NCBI RefSeq assembly: GCF_001194135.2
Contig: NC_068981.1
Location: 39,781,875-39,826,830, forward strand
Direction: 5' to 3'
Length of the DNA: 44,956 nucleotides
Source: Octopus bimaculoides
Lineage: Eukaryota
The notes under the pieces: model-generated
Told to the model about the DNA's origin: nothing
The model's database searches: none
The model's input: only the letters and a program-made list of their open reading frames with translations
Shown here: one piece after another, positions 26,164 through 37,330 of the stretch
How the letters are laid out: the number at the start of each line of letters is the position of its first letter
How positions within the stretch are numbered: the first letter of the stretch is position 1
Translations under genes and position numbers: made by a program

Positions 26164-26452
26164 ACCAACGCTTGACAACCGTTGTTGGTATGTTCACGTC
26201 CTCGCAACTTAGTGGTTCGGCAAAAGAGACCGATAGAATAAGTACTAGGCTTGCGAAGAATAAGTCGCGGGGTCGATTTTGTTCGACTAAAGGCGGTGCT
26301 CCAGCATGGCCACAGTCAAATGGCTGAAACAAGTAACAGAATAAAAGAATACATACACATCAATACACATATTTCCCTGTTTCAGCTGTATCCGTGCTTA
26401 ATGTCACTGAGACTTGTATGAAAAACAAAGAAACTGGGAGGAAACGAAAACT
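26161..26452 (+). repeat. Young duplicate of 17706-17997 (SINE A 3' half plus unique flank) between two (TG)n tracts
   Basis: Constant offset of 8455, no indels, 6 mismatches in 292 bp by manual comparison. Confidence 0.95.
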
Positions 26453-26474
26453 GTGTGTGTGTGTGTGTGTGTTG

Positions 26475-26506
<32 letters not shown>

Positions 26507-27099
26507 ATTTCTTCGGGATTTATTTAATTTTTTCCCTTCTAAGAATTCAAGTCACTCACTCTCACAAACTGGTAAACTTCGTTTGCTTAAGCCAAGAGAG
26601 CACTTAGGATTTGTAGTTATCTGAATTGGTTGGTGTGACTATGCGCGTGGATAAATTTTGTTTAATGGGTTTCCTCACCAAGTTAGTACACACGTGTGTG
26701 TGTTTCATTACAGTTTATTATATGTATGAGCGTGTGGGTATATATAACAGTGCGTATGTTTTGCCGAAGAACATCAGCCGGAGAATAAATGTTCAATATA
26801 CCTTTAATTGAGTGTATTTATGAAGTGCTTAAAAGTTTTCTCTGTACTTTTTTGGAGAACAATATCAATTCTAGGATTTTTTATTGCATGTGTGTTCTTG
26901 GCCTGAAAGCTATTTCTTGGATCGTGTCATTTATGCACCTAAGCTTGGGTTATCTAGATGTGATATGTTTCCGTAAACACGTATGATGAGGATAATATAT
27001 ACAAATGAAATTTTATAACCTGATTATATGAGCTTTAAATTTTTAATTAGTTCTCTGTAGTTAAATTTTTTGACAGAATATTTCCACATCTTTTTTCCT

Positions 27100-28800
27100 G
27101 CTGATTACTACAAGAAGGTGTGGTTTTGTTCCCTATCCGATATCACAATATCAGGCCTATTGTGCTGAGACCGAACTGCTGTTTTTATTGGAATGTTCCA
27201 CCAATATTCTCTATTGTATATACACTGGTTCTGTTTTGCTTTTGGTATGGTCAAGACAATCCTTTATGCGTATTGCATTATTCATGGGAAGGTAGTATCA
27301 TTATGCGTACTTTTTGACAGCTTTTGATGGTATGGATATATATCTTCCATGTTGATATGGTACAATCGGTATATTCTGCCTCTACGTAAAGGTCTAGGGG
27401 AATCCTTTTCTCTCTTGCTAATCAAATATTTAGTAGCTCTCTCATGTTCCTGGATAGCAGATTCGTAACCTTCTTGGTGAAATAATTTATCGCTGGCTCA
27501 GAAGAGGCTACCCATCTTGTCAATATTATTTCTATTCTCTAGTTTGTGGAATATGTAACCATACATTATTTTTGCTGGCATAATGAGTAATTATCATATG
27601 AGATGTAGTCAAATCCGCATGGGCCACCTCCTTTCAGTGTAAGCGCAAAACTTTTCGTACCTGTAGGTTACGCCAGTCGCCCGTATTGACGCGTTGAGTA
27701 CAGGCGTGAAGAATGTGCTGTACGATTTTTCTTTTTGAGTCAAGATGACCGAATGTATTGAGCAACGATACTATATCAAACTCTGCCAAAACCTTGGTGA
27801 TACGCAATCCCAGACTATCGAGAAGTCATCTTTGGAGATGATGATATAAGGAAGAACACTAATAAAAGTGTAGTACAACAGGTTCAAAGATAGCCGCACC
27901 TCAGTGGACAGTGAGCCACCTTGCAGCAGACCATCGACAAGTAGAAACGACGAAATACTACCTGAGGGTCCTTCGTCGCCTTCATGAAGCTGTGCGGTGA
28001 AAACGACTCGACCTTTAGGCAGCAAAGAACTGGAAACTGTACCATGACAACGCACCCGCTCATTCCGCCCAAGGATTTCTCGCCAAGCAAAACACACCAC
28101 TTGTTCATCAGGCTTCCTACTCCCCAGACTTGACTCCGTATGACTTTTGGCTATTCCCAAAGCTCAAGAAAAAAAAACAACACTCAGAGAGAGAAGATTT
28201 GAGTCAACAGCAGATGTTAAGCAAAACTTGACGACACAGCTCAACAGCATCCTAAAAGGTGATTTCCAGAAATATTTCCAACAGTGGTAGGAACGCTGTC
28301 AGAAGTGTAGACTCCCAAGGCGACTAAATCAAAATGTTGAGTTTTTAAATATTACTTTTGTTTTGGCCGAAGCTCAGATACTTTTTGACTATACCTCGCA
28401 CTATGTACGCTCGAAATACATGTTCAGGCGTTCTTTACCTTATCTATTTCATTGTTACTTTCCTTATCGATGTCACTCGTGGAATCGTTTCTTACTTTGC
28501 TCTTCGGTTGAAATTGTCTTAGTGGCACAATGCAGCATTCAAAAGCTGTCTGTACGTCTTTAATGTCACTACCTCCAACTCTCCATTTAACATAGATCCT
28601 GTGACACTGTGGTGTGGACTGTACTAATCGTGGCTAGTTCTTCCTAGTCTTGATGTCCAAGCTGCAGATTTTTTCAAGTATTCTGTCTGATATACCAAGT
28701 ATCGATAGTAGTACTGGCACAGCAAAAGCAATGTGGAATATGGGTTTATAGAATACAGAAAGCTCTGATTCCATATCTACTGAAGTCTGCCGAAATTATC
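27100..28800 (-). mobile_element. R4/Dong-clade LINE remnant (post-RT region to restriction-like endonuclease), split by a mariner at 27597-28400
   Basis: AFAVPVL...LDIKTRK and RIYVKWRVGG (28400-28800) are followed colinearly by EGYESAIQE..ATKYL and WWNIPIKT...HNRPDIVI (27100-27530). Confidence 0.8.
27597..28400 (+). mobile_element. Internally deleted mariner element with both TIRs
   Basis: ATG at 27745 gives MTECIEQRYYIKLCQNLG...YNRFKD.RTSVDSEP..RPSTSRND, fused to YYLRVLRRL...HDNAPAH...YSPDLTPYDFWLFPKLK...RRFES. TIRs ta|tgagatgtagtcaaa and tttgactatacctcg|ca. Confidence 0.9.
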
Positions 28801-30829
28801 TTTTCCTCAACACCAGGCTGGTAAGTGCATGCTAAAACTTCCAAACTTATTCTGATATATTTCCTCACACAGGAATATAGAAAAATGGTATATGATAATC
28901 ATATGCATGGCGTATAAGTTATGCGTATATGAACATAGCAACATACGCGTATGACCTTTCAAACGCACAGTCAGAGAGGGAAAACGTCTAATATAGCCAT
29001 GAATTTTTATGGGCATATAGAAGGAAATTTTACAAACAGTAATAGAACCAGTTTCGAGAGCATAATATCGACAAGGAACGTACCCATTTTCCACAAATAT
29101 TTATTTATTTTATTCATGGATAGGTGAATCCCTTAATAAACAAGAATTTTGTTATAATTTTCCTTTTCAGCATCATTTTATTTTCCATTTATGCTAGTTT
29201 AGCTTCTATAACAATGCACGACTTCTTGAACGAATAATGTTAATGAATAGAGTCGATGTTGAAATATAATACGCGGAAAATATTCGAAGGGCATTTGTCA
29301 TGATGTCTGCCATTATATTTAGTTTCTATTGGATATAATTGATGTCAATTATAGTTAGTACTATATGATATGTCAAAATTCTTTTTATATTCTTTTTCCA
29401 AATTTTAAGCTGATTTATGACTTAACCTCTTGGCCTGCCATGGTACACGACATCTACATGGATTAGAAGCTAGCCGCAGATTATGTAATATTATGCAAGG
29501 GTTATAAATCATCTTAGCACTTTCTTCATAAATTATTAATGTGCAATTTTGGTATTTTCAGAAGATAAAAGTTAAGGAAATAAATATTTGGCATTTAACT
29601 TTCACTCTGAGAATTGTGCATAAACTATTGCAAACAAAGTTTGTGTAAGTCGTATAATACATTAAATTTGATGGCATAGATTAACATCAAGATAAACCAG
29701 TGAGAGAAATTGCAGAGAATACATTTGAATGGGTTCCTATTAACTTCTTCATATTCAGAGGAAACATTTTAACAAACGTAAGTTTAACATTTCTTAATTA
29801 TACGTGCTTCCGCTACATACAGGACAGAATTAAGTGAACTTAACCATAAATGTAGATATACAACAAGATCTAAGTATCGTTGAATGAAGAATGGGAGTAT
29901 CAATTCGACAGATCTAACGATTCGGTCAGTTACATGTGATGTGTGTGTGTGTGTGTGTGTGTGTGCGTGAGAGAGAGGGATGAGGAATGGTGGAACAAAT
30001 ATGAGCAATAGAACAAAGTACATAAGAGTATGTGTATGTGTATGAATTTACGTGTGTGTGTGTATATGTGTGTATGTCTGTCTGTCTGTGTTTGTTTTTC
30101 TCTGTGTATGCACATGATGATGTACATACTCATTCATTCTTAATACGTTCAGTCATGAATACGCAACTCGCTGTGGTATTCTCTCCTCAGAAAACAACTC
30201 CTTTTAGACGATGTTGATGTACAACACAGCCGGTTCATTGAAGTAAGGGTACATTGAGGCACAACAGCGTTTCGATTTAGTTATGCCATATCAGTGGAAG
30301 ATACACAAGATCAAGGAATATAAAGAAGAATATTGCCTCTTGTTTACAGAAAACAACAAAGAAATTATGTGCTGATGCTTGCTGATGTCAACCAAACTGA
30401 TAATATGTCGCCACACGCATGAGAACAGCGAAAGTCAAAACAATAACTAATATAGTCATTTATAGCACCCTCCGGCAGTTTCGAACGTGAGTATACTAAT
30501 TGCTGTTCTCTTTGACTACGGAAACATCTTTCAAACAACGCGAGTTCAAAACGTACCCGATTCATTGAGGTAAGAGGACTTAGAATATGGAATGCAGAAA
30601 TGGGTAAATAGAGAATAGAGAAGAAGTTCTACCGACTCCACTTCAGTTGATTACAAATAGCTGGCAGTTTTAGAGGCAAGTTTTTCAAATTTTGCAAATA
30701 AGAATCCAAATCATGAACGACATGTAAATATTTCCCGTGGTGTGCAGATCCTACAGTGAATCGAACAAAGCAATGGTGTACCATAAACTCCAAACAACAT
30801 TGGCTCAGTTCTTCACCTTTAAACCAAAT

Positions 30830-30848
30830 GATGACGAGGAGGAGGATT

Positions 30849-30894
<46 letters not shown>

Positions 30895-30975
30895 CGACGA
30901 CGTCGACAACGATGACGTCGACTCCAACTACGACTCCTATTACTGCTGCGACGACAACGATGACGACAGAAGCGA
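30830..30975. repeat. (GAT)n/(GAC)n trinucleotide tract
   Basis: Direct reading. Confidence 0.95.
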
Positions 30976-31498
30976 TAGAACATGACATAGTACCGTTCTC
31001 CCTTCCAGTTACTCCCATTGCTCCACCTTACATCATACAGCAGTCAACATCTTTTACTACTGTATTATTATTTATTCGTTAATGTATTTCTCTCCAGATG
31101 TTGCTATATATACATAATCTATTGAATGTGCTTAAATATTACTTCCATACTCAAAAGTGGTTGTATTACTCTTATCTTCTCGAAAAGATTCTCTCGGAAT
31201 ACGTCTCCATTTAACACATTGAAGTCAATAGGAAAATAGGTTTCATGTAACAGAATTCAACCTTATGGCAAGATTTTTTTAAATACAATCGTTACATAAC
31301 GTGGGGTATACCTGAGTATCTAAAGCAGAAATAAGTAAAAGAGTATTTCTTACCGCGTTTTAATATAATCTTGTTTCAACTCAAACTGGACCTGATATGG
31401 TTTTTGTCATAGTTGTTATTGCTGTTGTTGTAGATATTTAGGACAACATAATCTAATGAGGTACTTTTTACTTTCATTATTATGGTACTGTGTGTGAA

Positions 31499-31613
31499 GG
31501 CGCGTGGCTTAGTGGTTAGGATACTCAGCTTACGATCGTAAGGTTGTGAGATCAATTCCTGGTGATGCGTAGTGTCCTTGAGCAAGATAGTTTATTTCAC
31601 GTCGCTCCAGTCC
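31499..31613 (+). mobile_element. tRNA-derived SINE (family C), 5' part
   Basis: ggcgcgtggcttagtggttagg (A box) ... gagatcaattcctgg (B-box-like) ... tgtccttgagcaag. Confidence 0.75.
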
Positions 31614-31616
31614 TCA

Positions 31617-31963
31617 AAGGCGGTGAGCTGGCAAAATCGTTAGCACGCCGGGCGAAATGCTTAGCGGCGATGCAATCGACTAGCCACTCTCAAATTTCAA
31701 ACCTTGTGCCTATAGCAGAAAGGATTATTATGGTACGGTGTAAGGTAGCGATCGGACAGAATCATTAGCACGTCGGGAAAAATGCTTAGCAGTATTTCGT
31801 CCGTCTTTACGTTCTGCGTTCAAATTTCACCAAGGTCGACTTTGCTTTTTATCACATGGGAGTCGATAAAATGAGTACCATTCAAGTACTCGATTCGATG
31901 TAATCGACAACCCTATCGCCTTAAAAACTGCTGGTTCTGTGCCAAACTTTGAAACCATTATTA
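31617..31963 (+). mobile_element. Two stacked SINE family B copies (the first internally deleted)
   Basis: Head 31617-31670 joined directly to the tail (cgatgcaatcgac...ggattatta), then a second copy at 31742-31963. Confidence 0.8.
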
Positions 31964-32117
31964 TGGCATAGTGTGACTTAATGCTGGTTTGGCTGCTATT
32001 AGTAGCAGATCGAGTAAATTGTAAGCACACCATGTTCTAATACAAAATGTAAAGTGTGTATATACGTGCGCAATTGTATAACGTGTGTTTGTATGTGCGC
32101 ATACACACATATACATA

Positions 32118-32510
32118 TTTTACTCTTTTACTCTTTTATTTATTTCAGTCACTTGACTGTGGCCATGCTGGAGCACCACCTTTAGTCGAACAAATCGACC
32201 CCAGGACTTATTCTTTGGAAGCCTAGTACTTATTCTATCGCGAACCGCTAAGTTACGGGGACGTAAACACACCAGCATCGGTTGTCAAGCGATGTTGGGG
32301 GGACAAACACAGACACGCAAACATATACACATACATACATATATATATATACATATATACGACGGGCTTCTTTCAGTTTCCGTCTACCAAATCCACTCAC
32401 AAGGTTTTGGTCGGCCCGAGGCTATAGTAGAAGACACTTGTCCCACGCAGTGGGACTGAACCCGGAACCATGTGGCTGGTAAGCAAGCTACTTACCACAC
32501 AGCCACTCCT
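32118..32510 (-). mobile_element. SINE family A, near full length
   Basis: Reverse complement is colinear with 17393-17893. Confidence 0.92.
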
Positions 32511-32534
32511 ACGATTACATACTTGTTTACTTAC

Positions 32535-32579
<45 letters not shown>

Positions 32580-33043
32580 GGTAAGTATGTATGTATTTAT
32601 GTATGTATGAATGTATGTATGTATGTATGTATGCCTGTATACGTACGTATACACCTGTGTATGTATACTTTTTAACAAGTGACATTAAATGTAAGAAAGA
32701 CATTTTTTCCCACACGTTTTCATTACACGTAAACCATTCAGAAAAATACGGGATGTTAACTAAAGTTTACAACATTATTGTTTCTAAGTATATAACTTGA
32801 CAAATGTTCAAATATCTCAAAACAATACTGAGAATAGTAATTTTGCTTTTCAAAGTGATGCACAACTTTTATACGGTTTCTTTGTAGCTTACTATAAGGA
32901 ACTATTTCACACGTTTTATTTAGAGTCACGTTTGCGGCTGATCTTCTCCGAGCGATCATGCAAGGAATGTTATATGTCTTCCAGTGAATATAGTTACGAT
33001 CAATAATATCTGTGTCTATGTGTTTATATATATATATATATAT

Positions 33044-33737
33044 NNNNNNNNNNNNNNNNNNNNNNNNNNNNNNNNNNNNNNNNNNNNNNNNNNNNNNNNN
33101 NNNNNNNNNNNNNNNNNNNNNNNNNNNNNNNNNNNNNNNNNNNNNNNNNNNNNNNNNNNNNNNNNNNNNNNNNNNNNNNNNNNNNNNNNNNNNNNNNNNN
33201 NNNNNNNNNNNNNNNNNNNNNNNNNNNNNNNNNNNNNNNNNNNNNNNNNNNNNNNNNNNNNNNNNNNNNNNNNNNNNNNNNNNNNNNNNNNNNNNNNNNN
33301 NNNNNNNNNNNNNNNNNNNNNNNNNNNNNNNNNNNNNNNNNNNNNNNNNNNNNNNNNNNNNNNNNNNNNNNNNNNNNNNNNNNNNNNNNNNNNNNNNNNN
33401 NNNNNNNNNNNNNNNNNNNNNNNNNNNNNNNNNNNNNNNNNNNNNNNNNNNNNNNNNNNNNNNNNNNNNNNNNNNNNNNNNNNNNNNNNNNNNNNNNNNN
33501 NNNNNNNNNNNNNNNNNNNNNNNNNNNNNNNNNNNNNNNNNNNNNNNNNNNNNNNNNNNNNNNNNNNNNNNNNNNNNNNNNNNNNNNNNNNNNNNNNNNN
33601 NNNNNNNNNNNNNNNNNNNNNNNNNNNNNNNNNNNNNNNNNNNNNNNNNNNNNNNNNNNNNNNNNNNNNNNNNNNNNNNNNNNNNNNNNNNNNNNNNNNN
33701 NNNNNNNNNNNNNNNNNNNNNNNNNNNNNNNNNNNNN
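33044..33737. other. Assembly gap flanked by (TA)n
   Basis: Run of N. Confidence 1.
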
Positions 33738-33769
<32 letters not shown>

Positions 33770-33858
33770 CATATGTATATATACATGTATATGCATATAG
33801 ACACACACACACATATATATATGTATGTATGCACGTAGATACACATATAAACACATAC

Positions 33859-33895
<37 letters not shown>

Positions 33896-33984
33896 TTGTA
33901 TGTGTGTATGTATATACATGTGTGTATATATTATATGTATGTATGTATGTAAGTAAATGTTTATTTCTATGTTATGATCCTTTC

Positions 33985-34135
33985 CACTATAAGCACAAAG
34001 TCAGCAATTTCCGAAGAGGAACTAATTAATTACATCGACCCCAGTGTTGAACTGGCACTAAATGTATCACCGCGAAAAGCCGTAAACTACAGCCAATCAC
34101 GGCGAAATTCGAACTCAGAACGAAAGATGGACGAT
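33985..34135 (-). mobile_element. SINE family B, degenerate
   Basis: Reverse complement contains gttctgagttcgaatttcgccg and actggggtcgatgtaat. Confidence 0.7.
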
Positions 34136-34242
34136 TGTATAAGACAGTTGTGCATTTAACTGGAGGATTACTCAATACATTTCGTAAAGTACAAATTTAA
34201 TTTTCTTAAACAGGAACACTATTGAGAGCTAGGTCATCATTG

Positions 34243-34289
34243 GACTGTCGGATGATGACTTAGCTGATCGAAACTTCGAAATCACTGTC
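34243..34289 (+). ncRNA. Degenerate minimal type-I hammerhead-like motif 1
   Basis: GACTGT-CGGATGA-T-GAC..G(A)TC-GAAAC-TTCGAA-ATC-ACTGTC. Helix I 5/6, near-palindromic helix III. U4 replaced by G; one helix III mismatch. Confidence 0.45.
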
Positions 34290-34345
34290 AATATCATTCG
34301 AACTCATTTTTTTTTCATTCTCACTCTGTTTATTTCCTCGTATTC

Positions 34346-34381
34346 CTTTCTGTCGAAGAGTGTAGGCTTGAAACGTAAAAG
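34346..34381 (+). ncRNA. Degenerate minimal type-I hammerhead-like motif 2
   Basis: CTTT-CTGTCGA-A-GAGT(GTAG)GCTT-GAAAC-GTA-AAAG. Helix I 4/4, helix II 4 bp with two G.U pairs, loopless palindromic helix III (ACGT). A6 replaced by U. Confidence 0.5.
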
Positions 34382-34479
34382 ACTTTTCCATTTTTCCCGA
34401 GCGTCAAACTATTACACTTGCTTGTTTTCCCTATACTTGTCTTCGTCTTTGTTTTTCTATAAATTTGAACTATATGTAT

Positions 34480-35473
34480 NNNNNNNNNNNNNNNNNNNNN
34501 NNNNNNNNNNNNNNNNNNNNNNNNNNNNNNNNNNNNNNNNNNNNNNNNNNNNNNNNNNNNNNNNNNNNNNNNNNNNNNNNNNNNNNNNNNNNNNNNNNNN
34601 NNNNNNNNNNNNNNNNNNNNNNNNNNNNNNNNNNNNNNNNNNNNNNNNNNNNNNNNNNNNNNNNNNNNNNNNNNNNNNNNNNNNNNNNNNNNNNNNNNNN
34701 NNNNNNNNNNNNNNNNNNNNNNNNNNNNNNNNNNNNNNNNNNNNNNNNNNNNNNNNNNNNNNNNNNNNNNNNNNNNNNNNNNNNNNNNNNNNNNNNNNNN
34801 NNNNNNNNNNNNNNNNNNNNNNNNNNNNNNNNNNNNNNNNNNNNNNNNNNNNNNNNNNNNNNNNNNNNNNNNNNNNNNNNNNNNNNNNNNNNNNNNNNNN
34901 NNNNNNNNNNNNNNNNNNNNNNNNNNNNNNNNNNNNNNNNNNNNNNNNNNNNNNNNNNNNNNNNNNNNNNNNNNNNNNNNNNNNNNNNNNNNNNNNNNNN
35001 NNNNNNNNNNNNNNNNNNNNNNNNNNNNNNNNNNNNNNNNNNNNNNNNNNNNNNNNNNNNNNNNNNNNNNNNNNNNNNNNNNNNNNNNNNNNNNNNNNNN
35101 NNNNNNNNNNNNNNNNNNNNNNNNNNNNNNNNNNNNNNNNNNNNNNNNNNNNNNNNNNNNNNNNNNNNNNNNNNNNNNNNNNNNNNNNNNNNNNNNNNNN
35201 NNNNNNNNNNNNNNNNNNNNNNNNNNNNNNNNNNNNNNNNNNNNNNNNNNNNNNNNNNNNNNNNNNNNNNNNNNNNNNNNNNNNNNNNNNNNNNNNNNNN
35301 NNNNNNNNNNNNNNNNNNNNNNNNNNNNNNNNNNNNNNNNNNNNNNNNNNNNNNNNNNNNNNNNNNNNNNNNNNNNNNNNNNNNNNNNNNNNNNNNNNNN
35401 NNNNNNNNNNNNNNNNNNNNNNNNNNNNNNNNNNNNNNNNNNNNNNNNNNNNNNNNNNNNNNNNNNNNNNNNN
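34480..35473. other. Assembly gap
   Basis: Run of N. Confidence 1.
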
Positions 35474-35514
<41 letters not shown>

Positions 35515-35680
35515 GTGTTCGTGTGTGCATGTGTGTGTGTGTAGGCTGATAGACGAATACATATGAGTGTGTATGTATATGTGCATGTATTCTTTATATA
35601 TTGATTTTTTTAGTAAGGTATACATCAACAGGCTGCCATTTGTTTGAGTGCCTGTTTGTATATGCATGCGATTCTCTGCA

Positions 35681-35720
<40 letters not shown>

Positions 35721-36109
35721 ATTGTGTGCGCATGCTTATGTGCGTGTATGAGTCTGTGTGTGTGTTTGTGCGTATGTGTGCGCATGCGCTCGCGCGCATG
35801 CATATGAGAGATGTGGTGCAATAGGAACAGCCGATGAAAAAATTTGTAACCCTTTTGTTGCTATTTCACTTCACGTATGCCACTAACTTTAACAGGGAAA
35901 GATATATATATACACATACTACAGTTCCTATTATCTCTCACTCCTTCTGTATGCTTTAGATTTAATATTCACGAGGTTACTCTGGTAAGGAAGCAGTCAG
36001 GGAATTAACGTTTTTTATCACGCTGACATGAAGTGACTAAATTATTCATTTATTCATATTTCTTCTTATGCATTACAAATAAAAAAATCAACAGAAAAGA
36101 TGTCAAGAC

Positions 36110-36149
36110 AGCAACAACAATAACAGTAATGATGATAATAATAATAATG

Positions 36150-36235
<86 letters not shown>
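36110..36235. repeat. (AAT)n microsatellite
   Basis: Direct reading. Confidence 0.97.
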
Positions 36236-36236
<1 letters not shown>

Positions 36237-36957
36237 GTTTCTTTTATGTACCGAAAGGGTGAGGGATGAAAGAAAAATTACTAGTGCAATTTACAAAATG
36301 TAGTGTTTACATTGAAAGAAGATGATTGAAAAAAGAAAAAACTGCAAGACTGTATATATTTTATATAAATGTGTTCTAGAGGCTTCGACGACATAGAGTG
36401 CCACCTACGGGCATTTAAGGAGCCACGCCCCAAATCTAGTATTTTACTGATTATCAAAAAGTATGTTTCACCTTTCAGCTGTTATGCTCCAGCCTGAAGC
36501 AGTATTCCAAAAGTTGTCTTATTCACTTGTGTTGTGTTAGCCACTTTCATTCGAAATTCAACAACTATAGTGTGGGACAACACCTCCGTTTTCACTTTCG
36601 CTTTTTTCTCCAAGAATAACATGAAGTGATTACAGCACGGCTGAAGGAAAAGTGTTCGTCTTTGGTCCTTTCATTTGTGTCCATCACACAATCTCTTTTA
36701 CCACAACTAGCAAATACAGGAACACCCACTGACCTTCCCCGCCCAAACTGTTATCACAATGGGCTTGGTTTAATGTGAGATCCGACCTAACCGTGACACT
36801 CGCTGCTCAGCAATCACCCACAAACCAGCAATGTCTTGACATTAAATGAGTGAATGCAGAACAGTTTCGTCATTCTGCACACGTTTCAGACTGACCAGGC
36901 TAATGGTAATAACCCAAGGAATACTGCCTAACTAGAGATTTATGATAGCTATGTGAA

Positions 36958-37330
36958 GCAGGAGTAGCTGTGTGGTAAGTAGCTTGTTCACAAACCACAT
37001 GGTTCCGGGTTCAGTCCCACTGCGTGGAACCTTGTGCAGGTGTCTTCTACTATAACTTCGGGGCAACCAAAGCCTTGTGAGTGGATTTGGTAGAAGAAAA
37101 CTGAAAGAAGCCCGTCGTATACATGTAAGTGAGTATCTGTGTTTGTACCCCCACCATCGCTTGATAACCGATGCTGGTGTGTTGCCGTCTCTGTAACCTA
37201 GCGGTTCGGCAAAAGAGAACGATAGAATAAGTTGTAGGATTACAAAGAATAAGTTCTGGGGTCGAGTTGCTCGACTAAAGGCGGTGCTCCAGCATGGCCG
37301 CACTCAAATGACTGAAACAAATAAAAGAGT
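36958..37330 (+). mobile_element. SINE family A, near full length
   Basis: gcaggagtagctgtgtggtaagtagcttg...actgaaacaaataaaaga, colinear with 17393-17893. Confidence 0.92.

Larger units (their letters stand above)
25200..29930 (+). repeat. Old local segmental duplication, copy B (homologous parts 25200-26030 and 28850-29930; middle filled by later insertions)
   Basis: Colinear with 15220-17380. Confidence 0.8.

Noticed and set aside
32915-32965. Minus-strand ATGATCG...GCAAACGTG as a very decayed hammerhead
   Set aside because: Too many core changes and no helix I pairing.
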